From the IMG/VR virus record IMGVR_UViG_3300017910_000414, positions 1 through 52,921 of that record: a stretch of DNA of 52,921 nucleotides. One strand, 5' to 3'. This DNA comes from a virus. Lineage: Duplodnaviria; Caudoviricetes. Within the stretch, counting starts at the first letter, position 1. Every line of letters starts with the position of its first letter. Both the position numbers and the translations under genes were made by a program. Below the pieces are notes generated by a model, which was not told the DNA's origin, made no database searches, and was given only the letters and a program-made list of their open reading frames with translations. Of the stretch, positions 9,173 to 17,229 are shown in pieces.

Positions 9173-10147
9173 ATGTCATTACTAAAAACATCGGAGACTT
9201 ACAAGCCGTTCAAGTATCCTTGGGCGGTAGAACTATCAAAAAAACATGAGGAAATACACTGGATTGAAGATGAAGCAGAACTGTCAGAAGACGTACAGGA
9301 TTGGAAAACCAAGCTGACAGATTCGGAGAAAGAATTTATTACTCACGTACTGAGACTATTCACACAGTCAGATGTACAGGTAGGGGAGAACTACCACGAA
9401 CTATTAATTCCAAAGTTCAAGAACAACGAAGTCCGCAACATGTTGTCATCGTTTGCGGCACGAGAAGCAGTACACCAACGTGCGTACGCACTTCTCAATG
9501 ATACACTTGGTCTGCCGGACGAAGACTTTCACAAGTTCCTAGAGTATAAGGAGATGGCAGACAAGATCGATTTTATGAAAGAGGGTGAAACGAACTCTCA
9601 CACTGGACTGGCGCTCGCATTGGCACAGTCAGTGTTTAACGAAGGCATGTCTGTCTTCGCATCGTTTGTCATGCTACTGAACTTCCAACGATTTGGTAAG
9701 ATGAAGGGTATGGCAACAATCGTCGAGTGGTCCATCCGTGATGAGACCATCCACGTACAAGGTAACTCAAAGTTGTTCCGTGAGTTCTGTGAGGAGCATC
9801 CTCGTATCGTGAACGACGAACTCAAGTCAAAGATTTATTCTATGGCTGAGAATGCAGTCAAGTTGGAAGAGAAGTTCATTCAACTTGCATTTAAAGGTAA
9901 TGAGGTGCAGGGCTTAACACGCAAAGAAGTACGAGACTATATAAGACACATTGCTGATAGACGCTTGCTTCAGTTGGGTCTGAAACCATTGTTTAATCAG
10001 AAGAAAAACCCACTGCCGTGGTTGGATTGGGTATTGAACGGAGCATCACACGATAATTTCTTTGAGAAGCGTGTGACCGAATACTCAGTAGCTGGTATGG
10101 AAGGCGAAGACTACGGTTGGGAGGAAATTGAATTAGAGGTAGCATGA
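9173..10147 (+). CDS. nrdB: ribonucleotide reductase beta subunit
   Basis: FTQSD, REAVHQRAY (radical Tyr), FNEG, RDETIH diiron motifs; NFFEKRVTEYS. Confidence 0.95.
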   Translation: MSLLKTSETYKPFKYPWAVELSKKHEEIHWIEDEAELSEDVQDWKTKLTDSEKEFITHVLRLFTQSDVQVGENYHELLIPKFKNNEVRNMLSSFAAREAVHQRAYALLNDTLGLPDEDFHKFLEYKEMADKIDFMKEGETNSHTGLALALAQSVFNEGMSVFASFVMLLNFQRFGKMKGMATIVEWSIRDETIHVQGNSKLFREFCEEHPRIVNDELKSKIYSMAENAVKLEEKFIQLAFKGNEVQGLTRKEVRDYIRHIADRRLLQLGLKPLFNQKKNPLPWLDWVLNGASHDNFFEKRVTEYSVAGMEGEDYGWEEIELEVA

Positions 10148-10287
10148 TGGATGCTGAATATAACATAGAATGTCCTATATGTGACAATGAAACGGTGGTA
10201 CGTGTTCCGTACGTGGATGAAATTCCACGTCATTGTCCCATGTGCGGCGCTGATGTTGAATCAGAAATTGTCATCAATGATGAGTAG
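10144..10287 (+). CDS. small zinc-ribbon protein (47 aa)
   Basis: Manual translation with CPIC and CPMCG; ATGA overlap with nrdB stop; GAGG SD. Confidence 0.7.
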   Translation: MMDAEYNIECPICDNETVVRVPYVDEIPRHCPMCGADVESEIVINDE

Positions 10288-10290
10288 ATT

Positions 10291-10818
10291 ATGAATCTAA
10301 AACAAGTAATACATTCCGTACCAGACTGGCCCGAAGAAGGGATCAACTTTGTAGACGTGACCAGTCTCCTACAGAATCCGCAAGCATTCCAACAGAGTGT
10401 TCGAACCCTCGTGAACCAAATAGAAGGTAAGGGTTACACGGACATCGTTGCCCCCGACGCTCGTGGGTTCTTGTGGGGTGCGCCTATTGCCTTGTACTTG
10501 GGTATACCTCTACACATTATCAGAAAACCAAACAAGTTGCCCCCGCCGGTGAAATCTCGCAAATACAAGTGCGAGTATGCAACGCGCACACTTGAAATCA
10601 AAACGACTGCACCCCTGAATAAGAACAGTCAGGTATGCATCATTGATGACGTGAGTGCGACAGGCGGGACGGCACTTGCCATTGCAGAACTATTGCAGAC
10701 GTTCGATGTGTCGCAGATCTCCTATGGCTGTGTTATTGACCTAGAGTATCTTGGTGGTACCAAAGAACTGCGAAACCGACAAATGAAAACCTATAGTGTG
10801 GTAACCTATGATAAGTAA
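10291..10818 (+). CDS. apt: adenine phosphoribosyltransferase
   Basis: PDWPEEGINFVDVT, DARGF, RKPNKLP, EY, IIDDVSATGGT PRPP-binding motif. Confidence 0.92.
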   Translation: MNLKQVIHSVPDWPEEGINFVDVTSLLQNPQAFQQSVRTLVNQIEGKGYTDIVAPDARGFLWGAPIALYLGIPLHIIRKPNKLPPPVKSRKYKCEYATRTLEIKTTAPLNKNSQVCIIDDVSATGGTALAIAELLQTFDVSQISYGCVIDLEYLGGTKELRNRQMKTYSVVTYDK

Positions 10819-10819
10819 G

Positions 10820-11350
10820 ATGTCTGACATCATACTCATTGCGCTTGAGTTAGAAGCGCCTAAAATGTCTCAATGGGACAATGTTTTCTTCACAGGTGTT
10901 GGTAAGGTCAACGCAGCAATGACAGCTGCAAAATTGATCGAACGACACAAACCAGATGTAGTTTGGAACTTTGGTACTGCTGGTGGTATCACAGTAGATT
11001 CTGGTATACACAAAATCACACAGTTCGTTCAACGCGACATGGTGTGCGGTGGTATCGGATGTGCCCCTGGCCAAACTCCATTTGAGTCCGACATCATATT
11101 GGGTGATGGTGATGGACTTACTTGTAGTACCGGAGACAACTTTGTCTCTGACCCAAACCTAGAGATACCCGCTGATCTGGTTGAGATGGAAGCATATGCA
11201 ATTGCAAAAATCTGTCAAGAAGCGGGTGTTGAATTTCGTTGTTACAAATATGTCAGTGATCAAGCAGATGGGGATGCATCCGAAGAGTGGAGCAAATCTG
11301 TAGCGAACGGTGAACCGCACTTCATAGAGGTTTACAGTACCTATAGATAG
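10820..11350 (+). CDS. mtnN: MTA/SAH nucleosidase (PNP_UDP_1 superfamily)
   Basis: GVGKVNAA, NFGTAGG, TGDNFV, VEMEAYAIA, YVSDQAD motifs. Confidence 0.85.
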   Translation: MSDIILIALELEAPKMSQWDNVFFTGVGKVNAAMTAAKLIERHKPDVVWNFGTAGGITVDSGIHKITQFVQRDMVCGGIGCAPGQTPFESDIILGDGDGLTCSTGDNFVSDPNLEIPADLVEMEAYAIAKICQEAGVEFRCYKYVSDQADGDASEEWSKSVANGEPHFIEVYSTYR

Positions 11351-11354
11351 GTAC

Positions 11355-11771
11355 ATGACATGGTTGTACGAAGACAAACTATTTGAACCTGAGCTGGAGT
11401 TCCTAGAGGACTATCAGGGGTTCGTCTATCAAATTACGGAACTTGATACTGGTATGAAGTATATTGGTAAGAAGTTCTTTTGGAAACCAAAAACACTGCC
11501 AGTGACCAAGACTCGAAAGCGTCGTGTGAAGACACGAGTAGAGTCTGACTGGCAAAAGTACTACGGGTCGAGCCAAGACCTCAAAGAAGCCGTCGTGCAA
11601 CGCGGCGCAGACAACTACAAACGCGAAGTCCTCAAACTCTGCCGCACCAAGGGAGAGTGTTCTTACTACGAGGCAAAACTCCAATTCGAGTACGACGTAC
11701 TCTTACGCGACGACTACTACAACGCCTTCATTGGTTGTAAAATTCACGCGAAACACCTTCCAGAAATGTGA
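11355..11771 (+). CDS. denA: GIY-YIG endonuclease, T4 endonuclease II-like
   Basis: GFVY...KYIGKK, YYGSS motifs; position after nrdB as in T4. Confidence 0.7.
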   Translation: MTWLYEDKLFEPELEFLEDYQGFVYQITELDTGMKYIGKKFFWKPKTLPVTKTRKRRVKTRVESDWQKYYGSSQDLKEAVVQRGADNYKREVLKLCRTKGECSYYEAKLQFEYDVLLRDDYYNAFIGCKIHAKHLPEM

Positions 11772-11842
11772 CAAAATACCGAAAAAAAGTTCATTTATTT
11801 TTAAAATAAGTGTTGACACTCGTTTTTAAATCATGTTATACT
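11766..11842 (+). promoter_or_regulatory. early sigma70 promoter cassette
   Basis: A-tracts, TTGACA 11813-11818, TG-n-TATACT 11837-11842. Confidence 0.8.
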
Positions 11843-11877
11843 TACCTTGTAAGTTAATGAGATAGAGAGAACTTGAT

Positions 11878-12156
11878 ATGGCACGAATTATTTACCAAAC
11901 TGAATGTGAAATTGAAGAGATGCAGTCTGCGGGTATTGACTTCAATCAAGCCCTGCGCATCATCAAAGGTTTCATGGGTACTGATGATACTCTTGAGGCT
12001 CTTCAAGGTTTTGAGAAGCGGTACGCGAAAGCGGAAGTCGATGCTCTTGAGACTGACGACTACAATTTCGATCACGAGTGGAGATACGAAGTCTACTCTT
12101 ACAACCTTCTGGTCGAAGGGTTCGGTAAACTGTTTGCGCCAAAGGAGGCTGCGTAA
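11878..12156 (+). CDS. early hypothetical protein
   Basis: 92 aa, first gene after promoter. Confidence 0.7.
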   Translation: MARIIYQTECEIEEMQSAGIDFNQALRIIKGFMGTDDTLEALQGFEKRYAKAEVDALETDDYNFDHEWRYEVYSYNLLVEGFGKLFAPKEAA

Positions 12157-12314
12157 TGTTACTATCTTATGAGTGTGTTATCCAAAACTTCACCGGCGGG
12201 AAGTCCATTCCCGTTGGTTCCACTGTTGCGGTATTCGAGGCCGATGGCCGTTGTTACCACATCACCCGTACCACTGAGGAGTACTGTAAAGTACGGGAGC
12301 GCGACATTTCGTGA
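12156..12314 (+). CDS. small early hypothetical protein (52 aa)
   Basis: Manual translation MLLSYECVIQNF...; AAGGAGG SD with TAATG overlap. Confidence 0.65.
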   Translation: MLLSYECVIQNFTGGKSIPVGSTVAVFEADGRCYHITRTTEEYCKVRERDIS

Positions 12315-12315
12315 G

Positions 12316-12379
12316 TGTGAATATTCACATAAAAAAGTTTTCAAAATGCCTTGACTTTTCTTTTCAAAACGACTATACT
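12316..12379 (+). promoter_or_regulatory. early sigma70 promoter cassette with upstream palindrome TGTGAATATTCACA
   Basis: TTGACT 12351-12356, 17 nt, TATACT 12374-12379. Confidence 0.8.
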
Positions 12380-12408
12380 TACTGTGTAAGTTGAGATGAG
12401 AGTTTGAT

Positions 12409-12603
12409 ATGAAATTGACTAAAATCCAAAAAGAATTCATGCGGTGGGTTGAGGAAGCCGACAAGTATGGAGAAGTTGCTTACTTTGAGTTTGGTATGTT
12501 CAAACCTTTTTACCGTCGGACTTGTGATTCTTTGATTAAGAAAGGTTTGATTGAGCAAGTTGAAGGTGGATGGGATTGGGCTCGAGTTCGATTAGCTAAA
12601 TAA
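12409..12603 (+). CDS. small winged-helix-like early protein
   Basis: MKLTKIQ...RRTCDSLIKKGLIE pattern. Confidence 0.6.
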   Translation: MKLTKIQKEFMRWVEEADKYGEVAYFEFGMFKPFYRRTCDSLIKKGLIEQVEGGWDWARVRLAK

Positions 12604-12617
12604 TTTGAGGTTTTGAT

Positions 12618-12758
12618 ATGAATGCAATGAAAGATTTTGGACCCCGTCCTAAAAAGAAGCCAGAGGCGCCTAGTGAAGGTTTCGTCGCGTGGTTGACTTT
12701 GATCGCGATGGGAATGGCGTTGGGGTTCATGTTCGGTTACGGTCTACTTTATACCTAA
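12618..12758 (+). CDS. small membrane protein (46 aa)
   Basis: Manual translation MNAMKDFGPRPKKK...FVAWLTLIAMGMALGFMFGYGLLYT; GAGG SD. Confidence 0.65.
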   Translation: MNAMKDFGPRPKKKPEAPSEGFVAWLTLIAMGMALGFMFGYGLLYT

Positions 12759-12771
12759 GAGGGTTTTTGTT

Positions 12772-13212
12772 ATGTCTAATTCAATTCGCGTTATCTTTCA
12801 CACTCAGTTCCGTGAGAACTATGGTGCCCATGATTGGGACGGTGAGGGTTATTGTCCTCAGCACTGGAAGTCCAAGGGTGGTTCCACCTATATCGTCTCC
12901 GCGTCTGCGGCGGAGGTCGCCGACTCGCAGTGGTGGGATATGGTGACCAAGGTCATCACTCACTCTTCTGCGTACTCTGAGGAGTACGTCATCTCTGAAT
13001 CCGTTGTCGATGCTATCGACTTCGTGGAGTCAGACCACGTCGAGGAGTGGGAGGAGCCCATCTATGCTAAGTCGGCAGGTGACTGCCTTCACTGCACTCG
13101 TGAGTCGAAGTCGTTCTTCGACCTCACTCCCATCGCTAAGCGCACTTGGATTCAATTCCAAGAGGGTGACGACTTCCCTCTCACTTATGTCGAGTATGAG
13201 GTTGCAGCATGA
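12772..13212 (+). CDS. conserved phage hypothetical protein
   Basis: TQFRENYGAHDWDGEG.CPQHWK.KGG motif; GAGGG SD. Confidence 0.75.
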   Translation: MSNSIRVIFHTQFRENYGAHDWDGEGYCPQHWKSKGGSTYIVSASAAEVADSQWWDMVTKVITHSSAYSEEYVISESVVDAIDFVESDHVEEWEEPIYAKSAGDCLHCTRESKSFFDLTPIAKRTWIQFQEGDDFPLTYVEYEVAA

Positions 13213-13424
13213 GCATAAAGTGGTATCGTGTAGGTGAGATCGGAGAGGCACTGACTGACATTGTTGAAGCTTTCCTTGAAGGGTTTACCGATGACATTGA
13301 GTTTGCAGTTGAGTTGTCTCGTTTAGGTTTATCAGTTGAAGAGCAATTAGACGTGTTGAAAGAAGAAATTGATCGTCACGAAAAGTTACTTCTTGAGGTA
13401 GATGGGAATGGTACTATTCACTAA
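13209..13424 (+). CDS. hypothetical protein
   Basis: 71 aa, ATGA overlap, GAGG SD. Confidence 0.65.
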   Translation: MSIKWYRVGEIGEALTDIVEAFLEGFTDDIEFAVELSRLGLSVEEQLDVLKEEIDRHEKLLLEVDGNGTIH

Positions 13425-13454
13425 AATTTTTTTAGCTTATTTTTAAAAAAAGTG

Positions 13455-13484
13455 TTGACAGATGTTTTTAAAACATGTTATAAT
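13455..13484 (+). promoter_or_regulatory. early sigma70 promoter
   Basis: TTGACA-18nt-TATAAT with extended TG. Confidence 0.8.
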
Positions 13485-13519
13485 TACCCTGTAATTTGAT
13501 GATAAGGAGAGAGTTAATT

Positions 13520-13813
13520 ATGAGTGATATTTTAGAAATCCACGCTGTTACTGAGTACTACAAGAACGCATTCCGCCCCAACGATCCAGAGTTGACCGTT
13601 GCCGAAGTCCTTGACTTCATCGAGTATATGCAGTTGTTCTACTGCGGCGAAGAGGCGCTCTACCCCTACGAATTCACTATCGAAGAGATCTGTCAAGGCA
13701 TGATCGACCGATTCAACTGGCGTCCTTCTGTTGACTTTGACGGTGACACCATTGATCGTGAATATGTTCGTGACATGATCTTGGATGCTCGTGAGCGAAA
13801 GGAGGCTGCGTAA
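13520..13813 (+). CDS. early hypothetical protein
   Basis: AAGGAG SD before ATG 13520; F.GD..DRE.VRD motif. Confidence 0.7.
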   Translation: MSDILEIHAVTEYYKNAFRPNDPELTVAEVLDFIEYMQLFYCGEEALYPYEFTIEEICQGMIDRFNWRPSVDFDGDTIDREYVRDMILDARERKEAA

Positions 13814-14016
13814 TGAGTCAGTTAGAAATGGATCTGTTTGAGGTCATGCTCCAGAAGCATGACTGGACCTACCACTACAGCGATGACCATCGCTACTACA
13901 CTAAGGGTCGTGATGAGGCACATAAAATCCGCATCATGATGGAACGCCTCGAAGAGGCAGGGTTTGGCGATCAAGCCAAAGAACTTTTTGAAAAATACCG
14001 ACCGGAGTTTATATAA
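13813..14016 (+). CDS. hypothetical protein
   Basis: L..HDW.Y.YSDD.R.Y..G motif; coupled TAATG. Confidence 0.7.
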   Translation: MSQLEMDLFEVMLQKHDWTYHYSDDHRYYTKGRDEAHKIRIMMERLEEAGFGDQAKELFEKYRPEFI

Positions 14017-14972
14017 TGTTGAATGATGTATTGCAAATCGAATCGGCCGCCGCAGTAGGTGGATGTCCTTGGGGTATCGGAACTGAAGTGTCTAACGACA
14101 TGACTCCGATACAGATGATGGAAAAAGCAGGTGTTAACTGGGAAGTTGAGAAAGTCCCAACCTATGCTGCGAAAGAGGGTGTTGATCTGATCCCTACGGG
14201 TATGGAGGCGCTGGTGCGTTCTTCGGACAACGCAGTTCTCACTCAGGTGGGTGGTAACTGGGAACCCTGTCAGAACCTTGAGGCGTTCACGTTCTTCAAC
14301 GAGTACTGCGCCGCTGGTGACATGGAGATGAACTCTGCGGGTTCGCTCAAGGGTGGTAAGTTCGTCTACGCCCTCGCGAAGATCAAAGAGTCGTTCGACG
14401 TGTTGAAGGGTGACCAAGTGGACTCATACCTTCTGTTCTCTAACCCACACGAGTACGGTAAGTCGATCGACATCCGATTCACCCCGATCCGTGTAACCTG
14501 TATGAATACGTTGTCTCTTGCCCTGAAAGGTTCTGCGAACAACGGTATCAAGGTGAATCACCGACGTGCGTTTGACCCACAGATGGTCAAGCAACACTTG
14601 GGTCTTGCACACGAGAAGTTCGACCAGTACAAAGAGATGGCACAGTTCCTGTCGTCTAAGCAGTTCACGTCAGAGACGTTGATTCAGTACTACAACTCTC
14701 TGTTCCCATCGCAGTCACCTGCGGATGAGGTACGTGAGTACAAAGATCTTGCACCTAACGCGAAGAAAGCCTTTGAGTTGTTGGAGACTCAGCCAGGCGC
14801 AGAGTTTGGTCGCGGTTCATGGTGGCAGGCATTCAACTCTGTAACTTACTTGACTGACCACCAGTTGGGTCGATCTGCAGATGGTCGAATGACTTCTGCA
14901 TGGTACGGTGCCAACGGCGTCAAGAAAAAGAAGGCCGCGGAACTCGCGGTAGAGATGGCAGTCGCTGCGTGA
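14016..14972 (+). CDS. DUF932/DUF945-family phage/plasmid protein
   Basis: AG.NWEVEK, SAGSLKGGK, TPIRVTCMNTL, WWQAFNSVTY..DH motifs. Confidence 0.8.
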   Translation: MLNDVLQIESAAAVGGCPWGIGTEVSNDMTPIQMMEKAGVNWEVEKVPTYAAKEGVDLIPTGMEALVRSSDNAVLTQVGGNWEPCQNLEAFTFFNEYCAAGDMEMNSAGSLKGGKFVYALAKIKESFDVLKGDQVDSYLLFSNPHEYGKSIDIRFTPIRVTCMNTLSLALKGSANNGIKVNHRRAFDPQMVKQHLGLAHEKFDQYKEMAQFLSSKQFTSETLIQYYNSLFPSQSPADEVREYKDLAPNAKKAFELLETQPGAEFGRGSWWQAFNSVTYLTDHQLGRSADGRMTSAWYGANGVKKKKAAELAVEMAVAA

Positions 14973-15175
14973 ATGTAGAGTTGTTACTTGCACGATTAGA
15001 GGAGAGACTGCGACAGGTGAAATACCGGCAGTCTCAAATCGACATCGTACATCACGAGGTGCTTGCGAGTACGAAGATCGAAACTCGTAAGACTTCATGG
15101 ATGTTACTTGAGGGTGAGATCAATGGTCTCACTCATTCTATTGATTTGATTAAGGAAATGCATAATGAGCTATAA
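14969..15175 (+). CDS. hypothetical coiled-coil protein
   Basis: GTG start overlapping the upstream stop (GTGA). Confidence 0.55.
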   Translation: MNVELLLARLEERLRQVKYRQSQIDIVHHEVLASTKIETRKTSWMLLEGEINGLTHSIDLIKEMHNEL

Positions 15176-15365
15176 TAAACTGGTAGAGACCACAGAATGG
15201 GAAGGGCGTGCTTCCAACTACATCTACTACACGTCCGAACGTAATACGCATCTTCACGGTTATCAAACCGAAGAGGGTGGACCTTTCATTCCTTTTGTGA
15301 CGCGATTGTTCAGCACAAAAGGACGAACCTTTATTAAAACAAAGGTAGAAAAATTACCTGAGTAA
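15165..15365 (+). CDS. hypothetical protein
   Basis: ETTEW....NYIY...FSTKGRTF motif; AAGGA SD. Confidence 0.65.
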   Translation: MSYNKLVETTEWEGRASNYIYYTSERNTHLHGYQTEEGGPFIPFVTRLFSTKGRTFIKTKVEKLPE

Positions 15366-15409
15366 AGACTCTCTGTCTATAAATAACTATAGACAAAGGA
15401 GAGAGTCTT
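15365..15409 (+). promoter_or_regulatory. late promoter TATAAATA (15378-15385) inside a hairpin covering the downstream RBS
   Basis: AAGACTCTC/GAGAGTCTT and TGTCTATA/TATAGACA stems end immediately before ATG 15410. Confidence 0.75.
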
Positions 15410-15679
15410 ATGCGCACTTTATATACAGCTGGCGTAACTGCCTTGCTGTGCTCTTTAGTCTGGATTGGCGGCACAGCAAAGTTACTTGATGAATATATAA
15501 AGGTGACAGATCATAAAGACAAGCAGATTGAGCGATTGCAAAATCAAGCAAGTCGAGATCGATTTACTATAATGAGGTATGATAACGGATTCCGACAACT
15601 CTTGTTTGCATGTACACAAAAACAAGAAATCATTATCGATAGAAAGGTGTATATCTGTTATCCAATTGAGAAGGCATAA
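15410..15679 (+). CDS. N-terminally anchored membrane protein, possible lysis accessory (spanin/antiholin-like)
   Basis: N-terminal hydrophobic helix, coiled coil, two distal Cys; late promoter. Confidence 0.5.
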   Translation: MRTLYTAGVTALLCSLVWIGGTAKLLDEYIKVTDHKDKQIERLQNQASRDRFTIMRYDNGFRQLLFACTQKQEIIIDRKVYICYPIEKA

Positions 15680-15680
15680 T

Positions 15681-16112
15681 ATGTTAAGTATTCGTAAAGA
15701 AGTCTTTGAAATCTTCGAAGAGTATAAGAAAGCAGATACTCGCGATGAGAGATTAGATGTATTGAAGAAGTATTCAGAAAACTGGGCCCTTCGGGACATT
15801 TTACGCGGGACATTTGATGATTCCCTAACGTTCAATTTACCCGAAGGTCGTCCACCCTTTACCCCAAACAAGCCAGAATCTGTACCCGCGACTCTACTGA
15901 AGAAACATAGAGAATTCGGGTTCTTTGTTCATGGTGGCCGAGGGGACTCCCTACCCGCGTTCAAACGCGAAACCAAATTCATTCAGTTGTTGGAGGGTAT
16001 TCATCCTGAAGACGCTGAGTACGTTCTAAAGATGGTTGCAAAGAAACCACCTGTACGATACATCACTAAAAAGATTGTACAGGAAGCGTTCCCCAACCTC
16101 ATCAAAGAATAA
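15681..16112 (+). CDS. conserved T4-like phage hypothetical protein
   Basis: FD..L.F.LPEG.PP...KRET.FIQLLEGIHPEDA...VQEAFP motif. Confidence 0.75.
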   Translation: MLSIRKEVFEIFEEYKKADTRDERLDVLKKYSENWALRDILRGTFDDSLTFNLPEGRPPFTPNKPESVPATLLKKHREFGFFVHGGRGDSLPAFKRETKFIQLLEGIHPEDAEYVLKMVAKKPPVRYITKKIVQEAFPNLIKE

Positions 16113-16702
16113 TGATCTTAGGTCTTGGACATCCTAGAACAGGTACAGGTTTCACTAGTAAGCTCTGTACACTCTGGGGGCTCGATGTCGGGCACGAGAA
16201 GCGTCAGTCAGATGGTATCATCGACTGGCGTTATGTAATGCCGGTGGGTCCATATCCATTTAATAGTATGCGAAATGTCATTAAGAGACCGACATACAAT
16301 CATCTTATTTACAATGTGAGAGATCCTAATACGTCACTAGGATCTATTCTATACACCGAAGATACCAATATGAGATCTAAAGTATTTCGGTCAACGTTTT
16401 TAAAATATTCATATTCAAATCCGCTCGAGTTCTCGATCAGTAGTATCGCGACATTCGATAAGATGATCAGTGCATTGAGACCAAACTGCCGATACCGAAT
16501 AGAAGACCAACAAGAAACGCTGTTTAATTTTTTGCAATCGGCGGGGTATCCAGTTAACTATGTGGAGTATTCTACTCCAGTAAACACTCGATCGCATTCT
16601 ACTTTGGATGATGCGTTGTCGCAACACGACGTGTCTTTATTTCACCAGAAACTTATGCACAATTTTTGTGATAAGTATGACTATCCACACATTAACTTTT
16701 AA
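16112..16702 (+). CDS. sulfotransferase-like P-loop protein
   Basis: HPRTGT (5'-PSB loop) and VRDP...S (3'-PB) motifs, RIED. Confidence 0.65.
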   Translation: MILGLGHPRTGTGFTSKLCTLWGLDVGHEKRQSDGIIDWRYVMPVGPYPFNSMRNVIKRPTYNHLIYNVRDPNTSLGSILYTEDTNMRSKVFRSTFLKYSYSNPLEFSISSIATFDKMISALRPNCRYRIEDQQETLFNFLQSAGYPVNYVEYSTPVNTRSHSTLDDALSQHDVSLFHQKLMHNFCDKYDYPHINF

Positions 16703-16769
16703 GGAGGCTATTTCCAAACTTTGATCCGCGAGTAATTTTTTCGACAATTAATATAACAAGGAGAATCCT

Positions 16770-16910
16770 ATGTCGAGACTAGAAAAAAAGTTGAACAATG
16801 ATATTAACGAACTACAAAGATTCGTGCATGACACCAGACGCCAATCGATATTTTCGCAAGGTAATCGAACGATGTATCGAAACCCGTCTACTCAACAACT
16901 TTCTCGATAG
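16770..16910 (+). CDS. small hypothetical protein (46 aa)
   Basis: Manual translation MSRLEKKLNNDINELQRF...; AAGGAG SD. Confidence 0.55.
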   Translation: MSRLEKKLNNDINELQRFVHDTRRQSIFSQGNRTMYRNPSTQQLSR

Positions 16911-16984
16911 GAGGTGGTCTATCTCTTCGGAGGCCATCGTGAGACCTTCGTCGTAGTGATTGATAGTTTTGAAATGTATATATA

Positions 16985-17227
16985 ATGCCACAGTATGAAT
17001 TTAAAAACAAGGATACCGGAGAAGTCATGGAAGTGACTCTCCGGTTATCTGAATATGATGAGTGGAAAGCAAACAACCCACAGTGGGAACGATACCACTC
17101 ATCTGCATCGGCACCCAAGCTTGTAACCGGAACTAAGTCAACTATGGCACTTGCCGGAAAGGGGTGGGAAGAACACTTAACAAATATAAAAAAGGCGTCC
17201 GGTAAGGACAACACAATTAAGGTTTAA
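16985..17227 (+). CDS. FmdB-like small regulatory protein (Cys-less)
   Basis: MPQYEFKNKDTGE start typical of this family in T4-like phages. Confidence 0.6.
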   Translation: MPQYEFKNKDTGEVMEVTLRLSEYDEWKANNPQWERYHSSASAPKLVTGTKSTMALAGKGWEEHLTNIKKASGKDNTIKV

Positions 17228-17229
17228 TT

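Noticed and set aside
7153-10147. Intron or intein in nrdA/nrdB
   Set aside because: Both frames are continuous; the only insertion is a glutaredoxin without intein splice motifs
11355-11771. GIY-YIG gene as a mobile homing endonuclease
   Set aside because: Short, no C-terminal DNA-binding repeats, and in the T4 denA position; better called endonuclease II-like
12316-12329. CRP site TGTGA-N-TCACA
   Set aside because: Spacer is 4 nt rather than 6; kept only as part of the promoter cassette
16977-16984. TATATATA as a late promoter variant
   Set aside because: Mismatch to consensus and directly abuts the ATG, so transcription would start inside the gene
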